Shown: positions 44,320 through 54,313 of the stretch, in pieces
How positions within the stretch are numbered: the first letter of the stretch is position 1
How the letters are laid out: each line of letters starts with the position of its first letter
Assembly: GCA_018693315.1 (NCBI GenBank)
Contig: JABHLR010000008.1
Span: 42,472 to 106,471, forward strand
Length of the DNA: 64,000 nucleotides
Source of the DNA: an archaeon
GTDB lineage: Archaea > Nanobdellota > Nanobdellia > Pacearchaeales > GW2011-AR1
Reading direction: 5' to 3'
The notes under the pieces: model-generated
What the model was told of the DNA's origin: nothing
The model's input: the letters and a program-made list of their open reading frames with translations, nothing else
The model's database searches: none
Position numbers and translations under genes: made by a program

Positions 44320-45060
44320 CTAGAATAATCCTCTTTTTCTGATTCCGGCGTTGATGATTTCGAACGCGAGTTCTTTGACTGGGAGTGAGCGGTGTTTTCT
44401 TAGGATTATTTTTCTTTTGCCGTGGTAGTGTTGAAGTTCGATTAGGCATTTGGACCAGTATTTTAATAAGTCTCCTCCCACCATTGAGACTTGTCTTTCG
44501 GCATTTCGGTCTTCTTGGTTTTGTGTGAATGTGGCGTAGACTTGGTTTGTTACGACGACTGGAATGTTTTGTTTTCTTGCGATTTCGTTTAGGGTTCTGA
44601 GTTGGTTTGCTAGTTTTCTGTTTACTTCTGAGATTTTTTCTGAATCGTCTGCTGTTATTGCTTCGCCGAGTTCGAGTCTGTATAGCATTGCGATTGAGTC
44701 GATTATGATTAGTGAGACGTTGTCCTGCTTGACGTGTTTTAGCATTTGTTCGAAGGATTGTTGTTGTTCTTTGAATGAGGTTGGTTTTAGGAGGAGGATA
44801 TTTTGGAGGTCTCTTTCGATTTCTTCTCTTGTGCCTTGGTGGACTTGCTTGAATCGGTCGACTGAGAATCCGCCTTCGGTGTCTATGAATATTACTTTGT
44901 TTCCTTTTCGTGCTTGGGATGTTGCAAGGATGATGCAGAAGTTTGATTTGCCTGAGCCGCCGGGGCCGTAGAGCGTTGTGATTATATCGGTTTCGTAGCC
45001 GCCGAATAGGAATTTGTTTAGGTCGAATGATCCTGCTGATATTTTTGGTTCTGTTGTCAT
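44320..45060 (-). CDS. radB: RadB recombinase paralog
   Basis: Walker A GPGGSGKSNF, Walker B LIIIDSI. It lacks the RadA N-terminal HhH domain. 246 aa. Confidence 0.82.
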   Translation of the reverse strand: MTTEPKISAGSFDLNKFLFGGYETDIITTLYGPGGSGKSNFCIILATSQARKGNKVIFIDTEGGFSVDRFKQVHQGTREEIERDLQNILLLKPTSFKEQQQSFEQMLKHVKQDNVSLIIIDSIAMLYRLELGEAITADDSEKISEVNRKLANQLRTLNEIARKQNIPVVVTNQVYATFTQNQEDRNAERQVSMVGGDLLKYWSKCLIELQHYHGKRKIILRKHRSLPVKELAFEIINAGIRKRGLF

Positions 45061-45119
45061 GAATTTTGAAGATTGTCGTTGGTTAAATATATTTATATAG
45101 TGTGGAGATATTGAGTTGT

Positions 45120-45401
45120 ATGGCGAAGAAGAAGTCTGAGAAGAAAGAGGCGTGGATGAGGATTGTGGTTGGAATTGTGAGTGGGATAATTTTGGATATT
45201 TGGGGAGCTTTGATTTTTATTTTGGCTGTTTTGAATTGGATTATAACTGTGTTTTCTGGGAAGAGAGATAGGGGCGTTGCAAATTTTTGTGAGTATTGGA
45301 GTTCTGAGATGTATCGATATTTGAGATATATGACTTTTGCTACGAACCAGAGGCCGTTTCCGTTTAGCGAGATGGTTAGGTTGAATAAGTTTGAGAGATA
45401 G
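45120..45401 (+). CDS. DUF4389-like small membrane protein
   Basis: WMRIVVGIVSGIILDIWGALIFILAVLNWIITVFSGKR...YLRYMTFATNQRPFPF. ATG 45120 fits the TATA spacing (ATTTATATAG). Confidence 0.55.
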   Translation: MAKKKSEKKEAWMRIVVGIVSGIILDIWGALIFILAVLNWIITVFSGKRDRGVANFCEYWSSEMYRYLRYMTFATNQRPFPFSEMVRLNKFER

Positions 45402-45413
45402 ATAAAAATAAAA

Positions 45414-45668
45414 TTATTTTAGCTTTTTGAATTCGTCAACTGTTTTGTCGATTTCTTTTTCTAGTGTTGCGATTGCTTTCTTTAGAAGTGCTTTTGGTTT
45501 GTCTGCTTCAATATGTAGAACTGGGTTTTTTGTTGGGTGGTCTCGCTTCCATGCTGCTAACTTTGCGCCTTCTTTGTTTAGGTAGACTCGGAGAACTTCT
45601 GCGATTGTCAAACTTGAGATTTCTACGTCTAGTTCGTTCTTTTCATCTTTTAGAATTTTGATTTCCAT
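45414..45668 (-). CDS. rpoL: DNA-directed RNA polymerase subunit L (Rpo11)
   Basis: MEIKILKDEKNELDVEISS...AAWKRDHPTKNPVLHIEADKPKALLKKA. 84 aa. Confidence 0.78.
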   Translation of the reverse strand: MEIKILKDEKNELDVEISSLTIAEVLRVYLNKEGAKLAAWKRDHPTKNPVLHIEADKPKALLKKAIATLEKEIDKTVDEFKKLK

Positions 45669-45706
45669 AATAATTTGACTGAAAATTGGTTTAAAAAGTT
45701 ATTGGG

Positions 45707-47746
45707 TTAGTCTATTCTTGAAATGCCGTCTTTTTTGACTCGGATTACTTCATTAACGAAACCTTCGATTTGTTCTTCATGGGAAACTATAATCAATTGC
45801 TCTGTCTTGAGTTGTTCGAAGATATCTCGCATTTTTTTTGTTTGTTCTATTGAAAATCCGTCTGTTGGCTCGTCAAGGATTACGATGCCTTTTGTTTTGA
45901 TATTCGATTGTGAGTTTAGAACTTGATTGAGTGAAAGTCTATACGCTAGGGCTATTGCGGTTCGTTCTCCGCCGGAGAGAAAGCTATAATCCATTTCGTA
46001 ATCTTGGTTTATGATTAATGGAGTGAAGTCTTCATCTAGCCTGACTGAAATAGAATCAGAAACTAATATTGAAAACCAATCCTTGAAAATCCTTGAAAAT
46101 TCGCTTCGAAGTTGTGTCATTTTCATCTTCTCCATTGAGTCCACTAGGGTGATGAAGTTTTTTTGCACCCATCCTTGCAGCCCTCGAAGATGATCAATTT
46201 GTTCTCTGATTTTTTCTTTATCTTGAATTTCCTTAGACAACTCTTCTAATCTGATTTTTAAAATTTCTAACTCCTTATTTTGTGTTGCTATAGTTATTTC
46301 TTTTACTCTCATTTTTTCGTTAATATTTTGGAATTCCTTTTTTGTTTGTACAAACTCTCCTTGGGCTTGCGAAAATGTTTGTGATTTTATTTCGAGTTGT
46401 TTGATTTGATCCTTTAGGTCTACAATTTCATTTGATGTTCTCTCGAGAATAAACGCGTCGCTCTTGATTTTTGTTTCGATTGTTTTTTGGTGTTCGTATT
46501 TTATTTTTTCTTGTTGTAGGTTATTTTTGTCGGCTTCGTAACCTTTCCTCAATTCTTTTTCTTTTTCGATTTCTTTGATTAGAACTTGTTTTTGTTGAAT
46601 CTTGTGTTCGAGCTCTCTGTTAACCTCTTCTATGTCGTATTGAAGTTTTATTTCTATTCTGTGTTTGTGATCTTGGCCTACTGCCTGTAGGCATGTTGGG
46701 CAGTTTTCTAGAGAGACAATTTGATCTTTGAGTTTTAGTGGTCTTTCTTTTTTGGAATCTAATACTGAGATTTGTGAGGATATTTCTAGGAATTTAGAGT
46801 TTCTGTCTTCAAGAATTTTTTGATGTTTCTCTAAGAGTTCCGAGACTGCTTTTAATCTTTCTTCTGAGAAGTCTGATTTTTCGTGGATTTGTTTTTGCAT
46901 TAGGATAACTTCTTTTTTCATTCTAGATTCTAAATCATTTTTACCTTGCAATAAGATTGTTAGTTTTTCTATATTTGAATCTATTTCTCTTTTCTCGTCT
47001 ATTATATTTTGAATTGAGCTCAATTTGTTTTCTGATTCTTCTTTGATTTTTATTAGCTTTTGATAATCTAAATTCATCTCATTCGCCCCTCTTGTTAGTT
47101 TTATTTTCATTTCATTTTCTGATGCGAATTTTTCTTTTAGAAGATTTAACTCGGATATCAAGACCTCTTTTAATTTAGTTGCGTCCTTTATTTTTTTAAG
47201 TAGAATCTCTGCATTTTCCTTAATCCTTTTGTAGCGATCTATCCCAAATAAATGTCGCAATGTGTTTAGTCTAACTTCTGGTTTTTCTTGGACAATTGCC
47301 TTCATTTCTTCTTGGGGGGTGTATACTGTAAACTTATATAGAAGATTTGATTTTTTTGTAAACTCTTTTGGATAATTTAATAAGCTGATTACCCTTTCTT
47401 TCATCTCCATCGTTGAAAGCTCTTCTTTCTTTTCACCTATTGTAATTGTGCTTGAATCCTGGGTTATGCTCCCGCTTTTTGATTTTTTTATTGTTCGCTC
47501 TAATTTTACTATTTCCCCATCAATTTCTATATCTAAACAAGTGTATGCATTATCGGTTCCTTGTCTTAGAATTGAGGAACCTTTTTGTCCTGGCTGTAAT
47601 CCAAAGAGTGCAAACTGTAAGCCCAGAAGAATTGAAGTTTTTCCTGAGCCAATATTCCCTGCTAAAAGCATTGAGCCCTTTGGAAATTCTATTGTTATAT
47701 CTTCATAGCTTCTAATGTTATTTAGGGTTAATTTTTTAAATAACAT
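45707..47746 (-). CDS. rad50: Rad50 SMC-like ATPase
   Basis: Walker A GNIGSGKTS, coiled coil with zinc hook CPTC, signature LSGGERTA, Walker B IVILDEPT. Confidence 0.9.
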   Translation of the reverse strand: MLFKKLTLNNIRSYEDITIEFPKGSMLLAGNIGSGKTSILLGLQFALFGLQPGQKGSSILRQGTDNAYTCLDIEIDGEIVKLERTIKKSKSGSITQDSSTITIGEKKEELSTMEMKERVISLLNYPKEFTKKSNLLYKFTVYTPQEEMKAIVQEKPEVRLNTLRHLFGIDRYKRIKENAEILLKKIKDATKLKEVLISELNLLKEKFASENEMKIKLTRGANEMNLDYQKLIKIKEESENKLSSIQNIIDEKREIDSNIEKLTILLQGKNDLESRMKKEVILMQKQIHEKSDFSEERLKAVSELLEKHQKILEDRNSKFLEISSQISVLDSKKERPLKLKDQIVSLENCPTCLQAVGQDHKHRIEIKLQYDIEEVNRELEHKIQQKQVLIKEIEKEKELRKGYEADKNNLQQEKIKYEHQKTIETKIKSDAFILERTSNEIVDLKDQIKQLEIKSQTFSQAQGEFVQTKKEFQNINEKMRVKEITIATQNKELEILKIRLEELSKEIQDKEKIREQIDHLRGLQGWVQKNFITLVDSMEKMKMTQLRSEFSRIFKDWFSILVSDSISVRLDEDFTPLIINQDYEMDYSFLSGGERTAIALAYRLSLNQVLNSQSNIKTKGIVILDEPTDGFSIEQTKKMRDIFEQLKTEQLIIVSHEEQIEGFVNEVIRVKKDGISRID

Positions 47747-48951
47747 TATAATATTTCCTCTATCTCAAGGATGGTTTTTAGTTCAGACAATAGTCTTTCC
47801 TCATAGATTACTGCTTTTTCATCTTCATTCTTCTCTATGGAAAGTGCATCCATTAATTGTTGATGATATCTATTAAAATTGTGGGGATTTTTACCTAAGA
47901 ATTCTTTTGACTTTCTTTTTTCGATTTCTTGGAAATTCTCTGTTGAGCTCATCATTCCCAAATCTAAATCGGGTATTTTTATTGATGAGATATTTTTCAG
48001 AAAAACATATGCGTCTTTCTTTTTTATGAAATCCTCTATTTCATTAAAACGGATGTCTCCCGTTTTCCCTTCAAGCAAAATTCCTTTTAATTTCAGTAGA
48101 ACAATTTTATCACGGAGTACGAGTTTATCTAAGTGAGAAATTATCTCTCGCGTAGCAGTTAATCCGTTATTAATTTCGATTTCTATTGATGCAACTTCTT
48201 TTAGTGGAATCTCAATATTCTTTGTTTGAATGTTTGCCCCATCGGTTTCAACGAGCTGAAAGCTTCCGTATTTTAAGTCTGATAGTTCTTGAAAGTTGTT
48301 TGGAAAGGTTGGGCCCGGATATACATATCTGGAATTTGCTATGTGATCTTCAAATCTTTTATGAACGTGCCCCATTGCATAATAGTTTGCTAATGGTAGT
48401 TTTTGTTTTTCAATTGATTCCATTGGGACTGTGCCTATGGCCGCCCTGATTGCTGTATGGACCATAAAGATTGTGAATGGGTGGATTTCGCTGAAGTATA
48501 CTTTTGATAAATCTTCTATTTCCATTCCGGATTTTTTTCCTGGGTATCCGTAGATTGCGATATTGTCGTGCATGTATGGTTTTAGTTTTATTTTTCCATT
48601 TTCTTGGATTGTGGAATTTTCTACATTTTTACAGAAGCCCGCTTTTTCTAGGACGTCGAGAAATGTTTTTCCCGAGGCTGAGAAATCGTGGGAGCCTGCG
48701 ATTAGGTAAACTGGAATATTCGCATCTTTGACTTTTTTGAATTCGGCGAAGGAATCTTTTAGGATTTCGATTGGTGGATATGCTGAGTCGAAGAGGTCGC
48801 CCGAGATTAGGATGAATTCTACTTGTTCTTGAATGCATGTGTCTATGATTTTTTGGAAGGATCTGAAGTTGAGTTTTTGAAGCTCTTCTTGCCGCCAGCT
48901 TCCTAAGTGGCAGTCTGCTAGGTGTGCGAATCTGGTCCTCTTTGTTTCCAT
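47746..48951 (-). CDS. mre11: Mre11 nuclease
   Basis: FAHLADCHLG, SGDLFD, AGSHD, GHVH phosphoesterase motifs. 1-nt overlap with rad50. Confidence 0.9.
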   Translation of the reverse strand: METKRTRFAHLADCHLGSWRQEELQKLNFRSFQKIIDTCIQEQVEFILISGDLFDSAYPPIEILKDSFAEFKKVKDANIPVYLIAGSHDFSASGKTFLDVLEKAGFCKNVENSTIQENGKIKLKPYMHDNIAIYGYPGKKSGMEIEDLSKVYFSEIHPFTIFMVHTAIRAAIGTVPMESIEKQKLPLANYYAMGHVHKRFEDHIANSRYVYPGPTFPNNFQELSDLKYGSFQLVETDGANIQTKNIEIPLKEVASIEIEINNGLTATREIISHLDKLVLRDKIVLLKLKGILLEGKTGDIRFNEIEDFIKKKDAYVFLKNISSIKIPDLDLGMMSSTENFQEIEKRKSKEFLGKNPHNFNRYHQQLMDALSIEKNEDEKAVIYEERLLSELKTILEIEEIL

Positions 48952-49001
48952 GAGAATTTGGAGACTGTGAGGTATTTAAGGATTATTGGGGTCGAACGTG
49001 G

Positions 49002-49523
49002 TCATTGAAATTCTAAAATTAGTAGCTCTTCCATGAATATTTTTTTCTTTTCCAGCGTCTTGGGTTTGAATTTTTTTATTTTATCCATTGGGGTTAGAGA
49101 TGAAATTAGGAGGAAAATTTTCCCATTTTTATTGAGATGTTTTTTTGCTTGTTTTAGAAATTTTAGTGAAATCTCATCTCCATGTTTTCCGCCAGTTGTT
49201 GCAACTTGAGAGTCTTTTGGCTCTCGTGGATCGCGTGGGAGATATGGAGCGTTGAATGTTATTAAATCGAATTTGGCTTTTACTTTTTCGAAAAGATTTG
49301 ATTTTATTGCTTTGAAGTTTTTTTGCCTGAGGAGCTTGATTGCCTTTGGGTTTATGTCTATGGCTAAGATATTTTTTTTGTCAAGAAATTTTGATGCTGT
49401 TTCTGATAAGATTCCTGAACCTGTTCCTATGTCGAGATATGAGTTGATTTTATTTTTTTTTAGATATTTTTTTAGAAAGTCTGAAAAAAAATATGAGTCT
49501 TCGGCGGGCTGATAGATTTCCAT
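49002..49523 (-). CDS. HemK/Mtq2-type SAM-dependent methyltransferase
   Basis: LDIGTGSGIL (motif I) and ITFNAPYLP (NPPY-type motif IV). 173 aa. Confidence 0.75.
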   Translation of the reverse strand: MEIYQPAEDSYFFSDFLKKYLKKNKINSYLDIGTGSGILSETASKFLDKKNILAIDINPKAIKLLRQKNFKAIKSNLFEKVKAKFDLITFNAPYLPRDPREPKDSQVATTGGKHGDEISLKFLKQAKKHLNKNGKIFLLISSLTPMDKIKKFKPKTLEKKKIFMEELLILEFQ

Positions 49524-49524
49524 T

Positions 49525-49896
49525 TTATCCGAACCACGTGTTCCAGAAAAGTCCCAGAATTGCTGCTCCGATTAGAACTAATGCTGAACTTACTATTAGA
49601 ATTATTATGAAAGTTTTTGAAAGTTTTTTTGATTGTGTTGGTGCTGTTGTGGTAGTTGTTGTTAGCTGTTGTTTTTGCTGTTCTGGCTGCGTTGGTGCCT
49701 TTGGCTTTGGTGCTGTTGTTGCCACCTGTTTTGATATTTGTTGTGTTGCTGCAGGTACCTTTCGCGCTGCCGCCTCTACTTCTGCCTTTTGATATCCGGC
49801 GTTGATGAAACTTTGTTTCGCTTTCATTATTGTTTCCCCTCGATCCAATGCGTTTTTTAATCCGCCAATTAATTCTTGCTCTCGATTTGGCGTCAA
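49525..49896 (-). CDS. hypothetical tail-anchored membrane protein with Q/T/P-rich linker
   Basis: C-terminal TM segment FIIILIVSSALVLIGAAILGLFW. Stop and start are adjacent to the neighbouring genes. Confidence 0.45.
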   Translation of the reverse strand: MTPNREQELIGGLKNALDRGETIMKAKQSFINAGYQKAEVEAAARKVPAATQQISKQVATTAPKPKAPTQPEQQKQQLTTTTTTAPTQSKKLSKTFIIILIVSSALVLIGAAILGLFWNTWFG

Positions 49897-49901
49897 TGGT
49901 G

Positions 49902-51233
49902 CTACAATGTTAGAACCTCTCCGTCTTGCATTAGGTGAAATTGCTTTTTTATATTATAATCCATTTCTTTTACCAAACTTTCCATTGGCCCTGTTTTGTC
50001 AGGCCCACCGTGAGCTGGAATGATATGTTGTGGGTTTAATATTTTTACTATATCTCTTAAATCCTCTCTTCCCGGATGCCCCGAAACGTGTGCATCTCTG
50101 AAAATTCTTGGTCTTGATTTTTTTAGACGTACTTCCATTTTTGCAAACTGTTCTTTGTTTATTGGTGTTGGAATGACGCTTGATGAAAATACTATATTAT
50201 CTTCTTTATTTATTCTGAATGGGAGCTGGTGCCTTGACAGCCTCTCTAGTATTGATCCGGGTTCTCCCTGATGTCCTGTGCAAACTACCATGTAGTCTTT
50301 TCTTCTTTTTTCTACTTTGTGTAGTGTTTTTTCAACTTGTCTTCTGTATGTCGAAATTCTCACGTCGTTTAGAAATGGTGCGATTCCTGCATTTTTCGCT
50401 GCTGTTGAATATTTGTTTAAGCTTCTTCCTAGGAATACTACTTCTCGATTTAATTTTTTTCCGAACTCTACGATTGATTTTAGCCTTGCAATTTGAGAGG
50501 AAAATGTTGTGACTATCATTCCTGCGCCCCTGTTTTGAATTGTTAAAAGTACTTCTTGTAGCAATGCTCTTGCAATTTTTTCTGATGGTGTTTTTCTTTC
50601 TGTGCCTGAGTAAAGCGCGTCTGGGATTAAGCAAAGAACTCCTTCTTTTGCGATTTCTCTTAGTCTTTTATAATTTGGTTTTAATCCTAAAACTGGTGTA
50701 TCGTCGAGTTTGAAATCGTTCGCGTATACTATTGCACCTTTTGGTGTTTGGATTGATATCATTAGACACTGTGCGGTTGAGTGAGTTGCATTGATGAAGT
50801 CGACTTTGTATTTTTTGTTTTTACCCTGAACGTAGAATGTTGTGTTTGGTTTTATTTTGTATGTTTTATTCCGAATAATTATGTCGTTGTCTTTTAGTAG
50901 GGAATCTAGGACTTCTATTGTGAATGGTGTTCCGTATATTGGGGCGTTGTATTTATCTGATAAGAATGGGATTGCTCCGACGTGATCGAGATGCGCGTGA
51001 GATATGAACTGGGCTCTGACTTTGTGTTTTATTTTGCTGACCACGGAATCCTCCGGAACCGCTCCTATTGTCTTTAGCCTTCTTTCGGTCATAACCCTGT
51101 CTCGCTCTTCCATGGATACGATTGCTGGTAAGAAAAATCCTTGATCAAAAATGAACGCGTCTTCTTCGAGCTCAACTACGACCATATTTTTTGTGACCTC
51201 TGAGAATCCTCCTACTGTATGTATCTTCACCAT
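49902..51233 (-). CDS. metallo-beta-lactamase/beta-CASP ribonuclease (archaeal RNase J-like)
   Basis: ISHAHLDHVGAIP (HxHxDH). The beta-CASP region has GHQGEPGS and SGHPGREDL. 443 aa. Confidence 0.8.
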   Translation of the reverse strand: MVKIHTVGGFSEVTKNMVVVELEEDAFIFDQGFFLPAIVSMEERDRVMTERRLKTIGAVPEDSVVSKIKHKVRAQFISHAHLDHVGAIPFLSDKYNAPIYGTPFTIEVLDSLLKDNDIIIRNKTYKIKPNTTFYVQGKNKKYKVDFINATHSTAQCLMISIQTPKGAIVYANDFKLDDTPVLGLKPNYKRLREIAKEGVLCLIPDALYSGTERKTPSEKIARALLQEVLLTIQNRGAGMIVTTFSSQIARLKSIVEFGKKLNREVVFLGRSLNKYSTAAKNAGIAPFLNDVRISTYRRQVEKTLHKVEKRRKDYMVVCTGHQGEPGSILERLSRHQLPFRINKEDNIVFSSSVIPTPINKEQFAKMEVRLKKSRPRIFRDAHVSGHPGREDLRDIVKILNPQHIIPAHGGPDKTGPMESLVKEMDYNIKKQFHLMQDGEVLTL

Positions 51234-51309
51234 CTTATTATATTAGGGTAAGTGGAGTTTTTAAGTTTTGTTTAGTAATGTTTTTAATGACTTGAGGTTT
51301 TAGTTTTGG

Positions 51310-51588
51310 ATGAATAATAGGGGATTGGTCGGGATGATTGTGATTGTTGGAGTTGTACTTGTAATTGGATTTTTTTGGTTTGTTGGGGAGATGAATGGGG
51401 AAGGTGAGGACGAGGAGTTGTGTATTCCTGAGAGTTGCTGTCATGCTACGGAATGTGTTTTGGAAAGTGAGGCACCGAATTGTAGTAATGCGGGTTGTAC
51501 GTTGAACTGTGAGCCTGGGACTTTGGATTGTGGGCAGGCGAGATGTGAGTTTGTTGATGACAAATGTGAGGTTGTGTTAAATGAATAA
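51310..51588 (+). CDS. small secreted/anchored Cys-rich protein (92 aa)
   Basis: N-terminal TM segment, then 10 Cys in 55 aa (CIPESCCHATEC...CSNAGCTLNC...C...C...C). It overlaps the protease gene by 8 nt. Confidence 0.6.
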   Translation: MNNRGLVGMIVIVGVVLVIGFFWFVGEMNGEGEDEELCIPESCCHATECVLESEAPNCSNAGCTLNCEPGTLDCGQARCEFVDDKCEVVLNE

Positions 51589-54313
51589 GATTTTTGTGGT
51601 TTTAGTTTTTGGGTTAGTCCTTTTGGGATTTGTAAGTGGGGTTAGTGTTGATGATTCTATATATGAACAGTTTGATAATGGAGCCGAGAAGGTTCGGGTG
51701 TTGGTGAAAGTGAATGACGCTAAAGTTTCCAAGGGCTTTGGTGTTTCAAGTTCGAAGAGTACTAGTGTCGAGGATATTATTGAATCTGGTCAGATAAATA
51801 GGAAGGTTGGTGATTATGTTTCGGCTTATGTGAGTAAGAGTGAATTGGAAGTGTTGGTAAAAAATGGCAATATTGAGAGTGTTGATGTTGAGCAGACTTA
51901 TTACACTATGTTACAGGATTCTGTTGGAATAATTAATGCTTCATCGGCGTGGAATCTTGAGTTGAGCGGATTGAATTTAACTGGGACTAATCATGCTGTT
52001 TGTATTATTGATAGCGGGGTGAATTATTCTCATGCTGATCTTGGTGGATGTAGTAGTTCTGAATTTACTGCTGGGACTTGTGGCAAGGTTATTGGCGGTT
52101 GGGATTTCTGTGCTGATGATGCGACTTGTTCCACTGAGGACGATGATGTTATGGATGTATATGGTCACGGGACTCATGTTTCGGGTATTGTTGCGGCGAA
52201 TGGTGATATTCACGGGATTGGTCTTGGAACAAATATTGTTATGATGAAGGCTTCGAATAGCTCTGGTGTTTTTTGGACTACTGATGTTGCATCTGCGATT
52301 GACCGATGTGTTGCCAATGCCAGCGTGTTTAATATTTCTGTTATAAGTATGAGTCTTGGGGCTGGGCAGTATACTAGTTATTGTGATGGGAGTGATGCCC
52401 TTATAGCGAGTTCTATAAATGACGCCGTTGCGAATAATATCGCTGTTGTTGTTGCCACTGGAAATACTGGCGGAGCTTATTTAGATCCTGTTGCGGGAAT
52501 TTCTAGCCCAGCTTGTATAGAAAATGCGACTAGGGCTACTGCTAGTACTAAGGCAGATGCTTATGCTAGCTATGCATTTAGGCATTCTAATTTTCCTGAT
52601 ATATTAGTTGCGCCCGGGTCTTCAATAAATTCGACTGTTGTTGGTGGAGTATATGGTCTTTCTTCTGGAACCTCTATGGCGACGCCAATGGTCGCTGGAG
52701 CTATTGCTATTATTAACCAGTATCTTGGACTAAGTGGACAGACAAAAACACCTAGTGAGATTTCTAATATTCTGAATGATAGTGGTGTTATTTTGGATGA
52801 TAGTGCTGGAAGTGGATATGATTTTTCGAGGGTAGATATTTACTCCGCTCTTCTTTCGTTGGATGTTGATGCTCCGAATGTTACGCTTGTTTCTCCGATT
52901 GATAATAATATTAACTTGAGTGTTAATCAGAGTTTTGTCTGTAATGCGACGGATTGGCAGTTAGCGAATATGACTTTTAAGATTTGGAACTCTAGTGAGC
53001 TTTATTATAATGAAACTAAAAATTTGACTGGTATTGCGAATGAGACGAGTTTTAATGTGACCGAGATGGCAGAGGGTGCTTATTCTTGGAATTGTTTTGC
53101 GGCTGATGTTTTGGGAAATGTTGGGAATGCCTCTAATTACACTTTGACTATTGGTGGGGTGTCCACGACTTTGGTGTCGCCTGTTGATGAAAATTATACT
53201 GCCACTAATGATACGAATTTTAGCTGCAATGTTTCTTCGGATGTTAGTCACGATTTGTCGAATGTGACTTTTTATTTATGGAATTCGAGCGGGGTTTTGA
53301 ATTATAGTGAGACTGAGGATATTTCTGGTTTTAGCAACACTAGTGTTTTCAATTTTACTTTTGTCGAGGAAGGGAATTATAGTTGGAATTGTTTTGGTGT
53401 AAATAATGGAAGCAATTCGTCGTGGGGTGATAGTAATTTTAGCCTGATTTATGATACGACTGTGCCTGTGATTAGTTCTGCTGCCGAGAGCGTTAGTGCT
53501 TCTGGGGCGACGATAAGTTGGACAACAGATGAGGCTGCGAACTCTTCTGTGAGTGTTAGTGGAGGTTCGTGGAGTAATTCTTCTAGTTATGTAACAGATC
53601 ATTCAGTTGTAGTTTCTGGACTTGCGGCTTCGACTGCCTATAGTTATAATATTAGTTCTTGTGATCGTGCTGGGAATTGTGGAAATGAAACTGATAGTTT
53701 TACTACGAGTGCCACCGCTTCGACCGGTGGAAGTAGCCCTAGTGGCGGTGGAGCTACAACTAGTTCTAGTGTTGTGGCAGCTGCAGTGGTTCCTGAACCT
53801 GAGGTTTTTGAGGTGAGTGCCGATGAAGTCTCTGGTGGGTATACCAAAATACTGAATAGGAATGAGAAAATTAATTTCAGTATTTTTGATTCTGATGGTG
53901 AACGACATTTACTGAGTGTTAACAAGATTGGGAATGATTATATTAATTTGACTATTGAGAGTGATCCGATAAATTTTAAGTTGGGAGTTGGACAGTCTGC
54001 TAAGTTTAATTTGAGTTCTGTTGATTATTATGACTTGATGGTGAAGTTGAATAGTATTACTAGTGAAGGTGCGGAGTTGACGATTCAGCTGATTAATGAA
54101 CCGATTGAGAAGGTTGTTGAAAAAGTTATTGAGGGTGATATTGTCGAGACCGTGAGAGTTGTGATTAAGAATTATTTTTGGGTTGTGATTGCTTTGATTG
54201 TTGTTCTTGTAGCGATTGTTTATGTTGTCCTTAAAAAAAGGAAAGCGAAGAAGTTAAAAGGTTCTAAGGCTAAGAAGAAGAATGGTAGGAAAAGTAAAAA
54301 GGCTGAAGCTTAA
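51581..54313 (+). CDS. subtilisin-family (S8) serine protease with Ig/FN3-like repeats and C-terminal membrane anchor
   Basis: Catalytic triad contexts IIDSGV, HGTHVSGI, GTSMATPMVAG. Repeated N-x-S/T-rich modules. C-terminal TM segment plus KKRKAKK tail. Confidence 0.9.
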   Translation: MNKIFVVLVFGLVLLGFVSGVSVDDSIYEQFDNGAEKVRVLVKVNDAKVSKGFGVSSSKSTSVEDIIESGQINRKVGDYVSAYVSKSELEVLVKNGNIESVDVEQTYYTMLQDSVGIINASSAWNLELSGLNLTGTNHAVCIIDSGVNYSHADLGGCSSSEFTAGTCGKVIGGWDFCADDATCSTEDDDVMDVYGHGTHVSGIVAANGDIHGIGLGTNIVMMKASNSSGVFWTTDVASAIDRCVANASVFNISVISMSLGAGQYTSYCDGSDALIASSINDAVANNIAVVVATGNTGGAYLDPVAGISSPACIENATRATASTKADAYASYAFRHSNFPDILVAPGSSINSTVVGGVYGLSSGTSMATPMVAGAIAIINQYLGLSGQTKTPSEISNILNDSGVILDDSAGSGYDFSRVDIYSALLSLDVDAPNVTLVSPIDNNINLSVNQSFVCNATDWQLANMTFKIWNSSELYYNETKNLTGIANETSFNVTEMAEGAYSWNCFAADVLGNVGNASNYTLTIGGVSTTLVSPVDENYTATNDTNFSCNVSSDVSHDLSNVTFYLWNSSGVLNYSETEDISGFSNTSVFNFTFVEEGNYSWNCFGVNNGSNSSWGDSNFSLIYDTTVPVISSAAESVSASGATISWTTDEAANSSVSVSGGSWSNSSSYVTDHSVVVSGLAASTAYSYNISSCDRAGNCGNETDSFTTSATASTGGSSPSGGGATTSSSVVAAAVVPEPEVFEVSADEVSGGYTKILNRNEKINFSIFDSDGERHLLSVNKIGNDYINLTIESDPINFKLGVGQSAKFNLSSVDYYDLMVKLNSITSEGAELTIQLINEPIEKVVEKVIEGDIVETVRVVIKNYFWVVIALIVVLVAIVYVVLKKRKAKKLKGSKAKKKNGRKSKKAEA

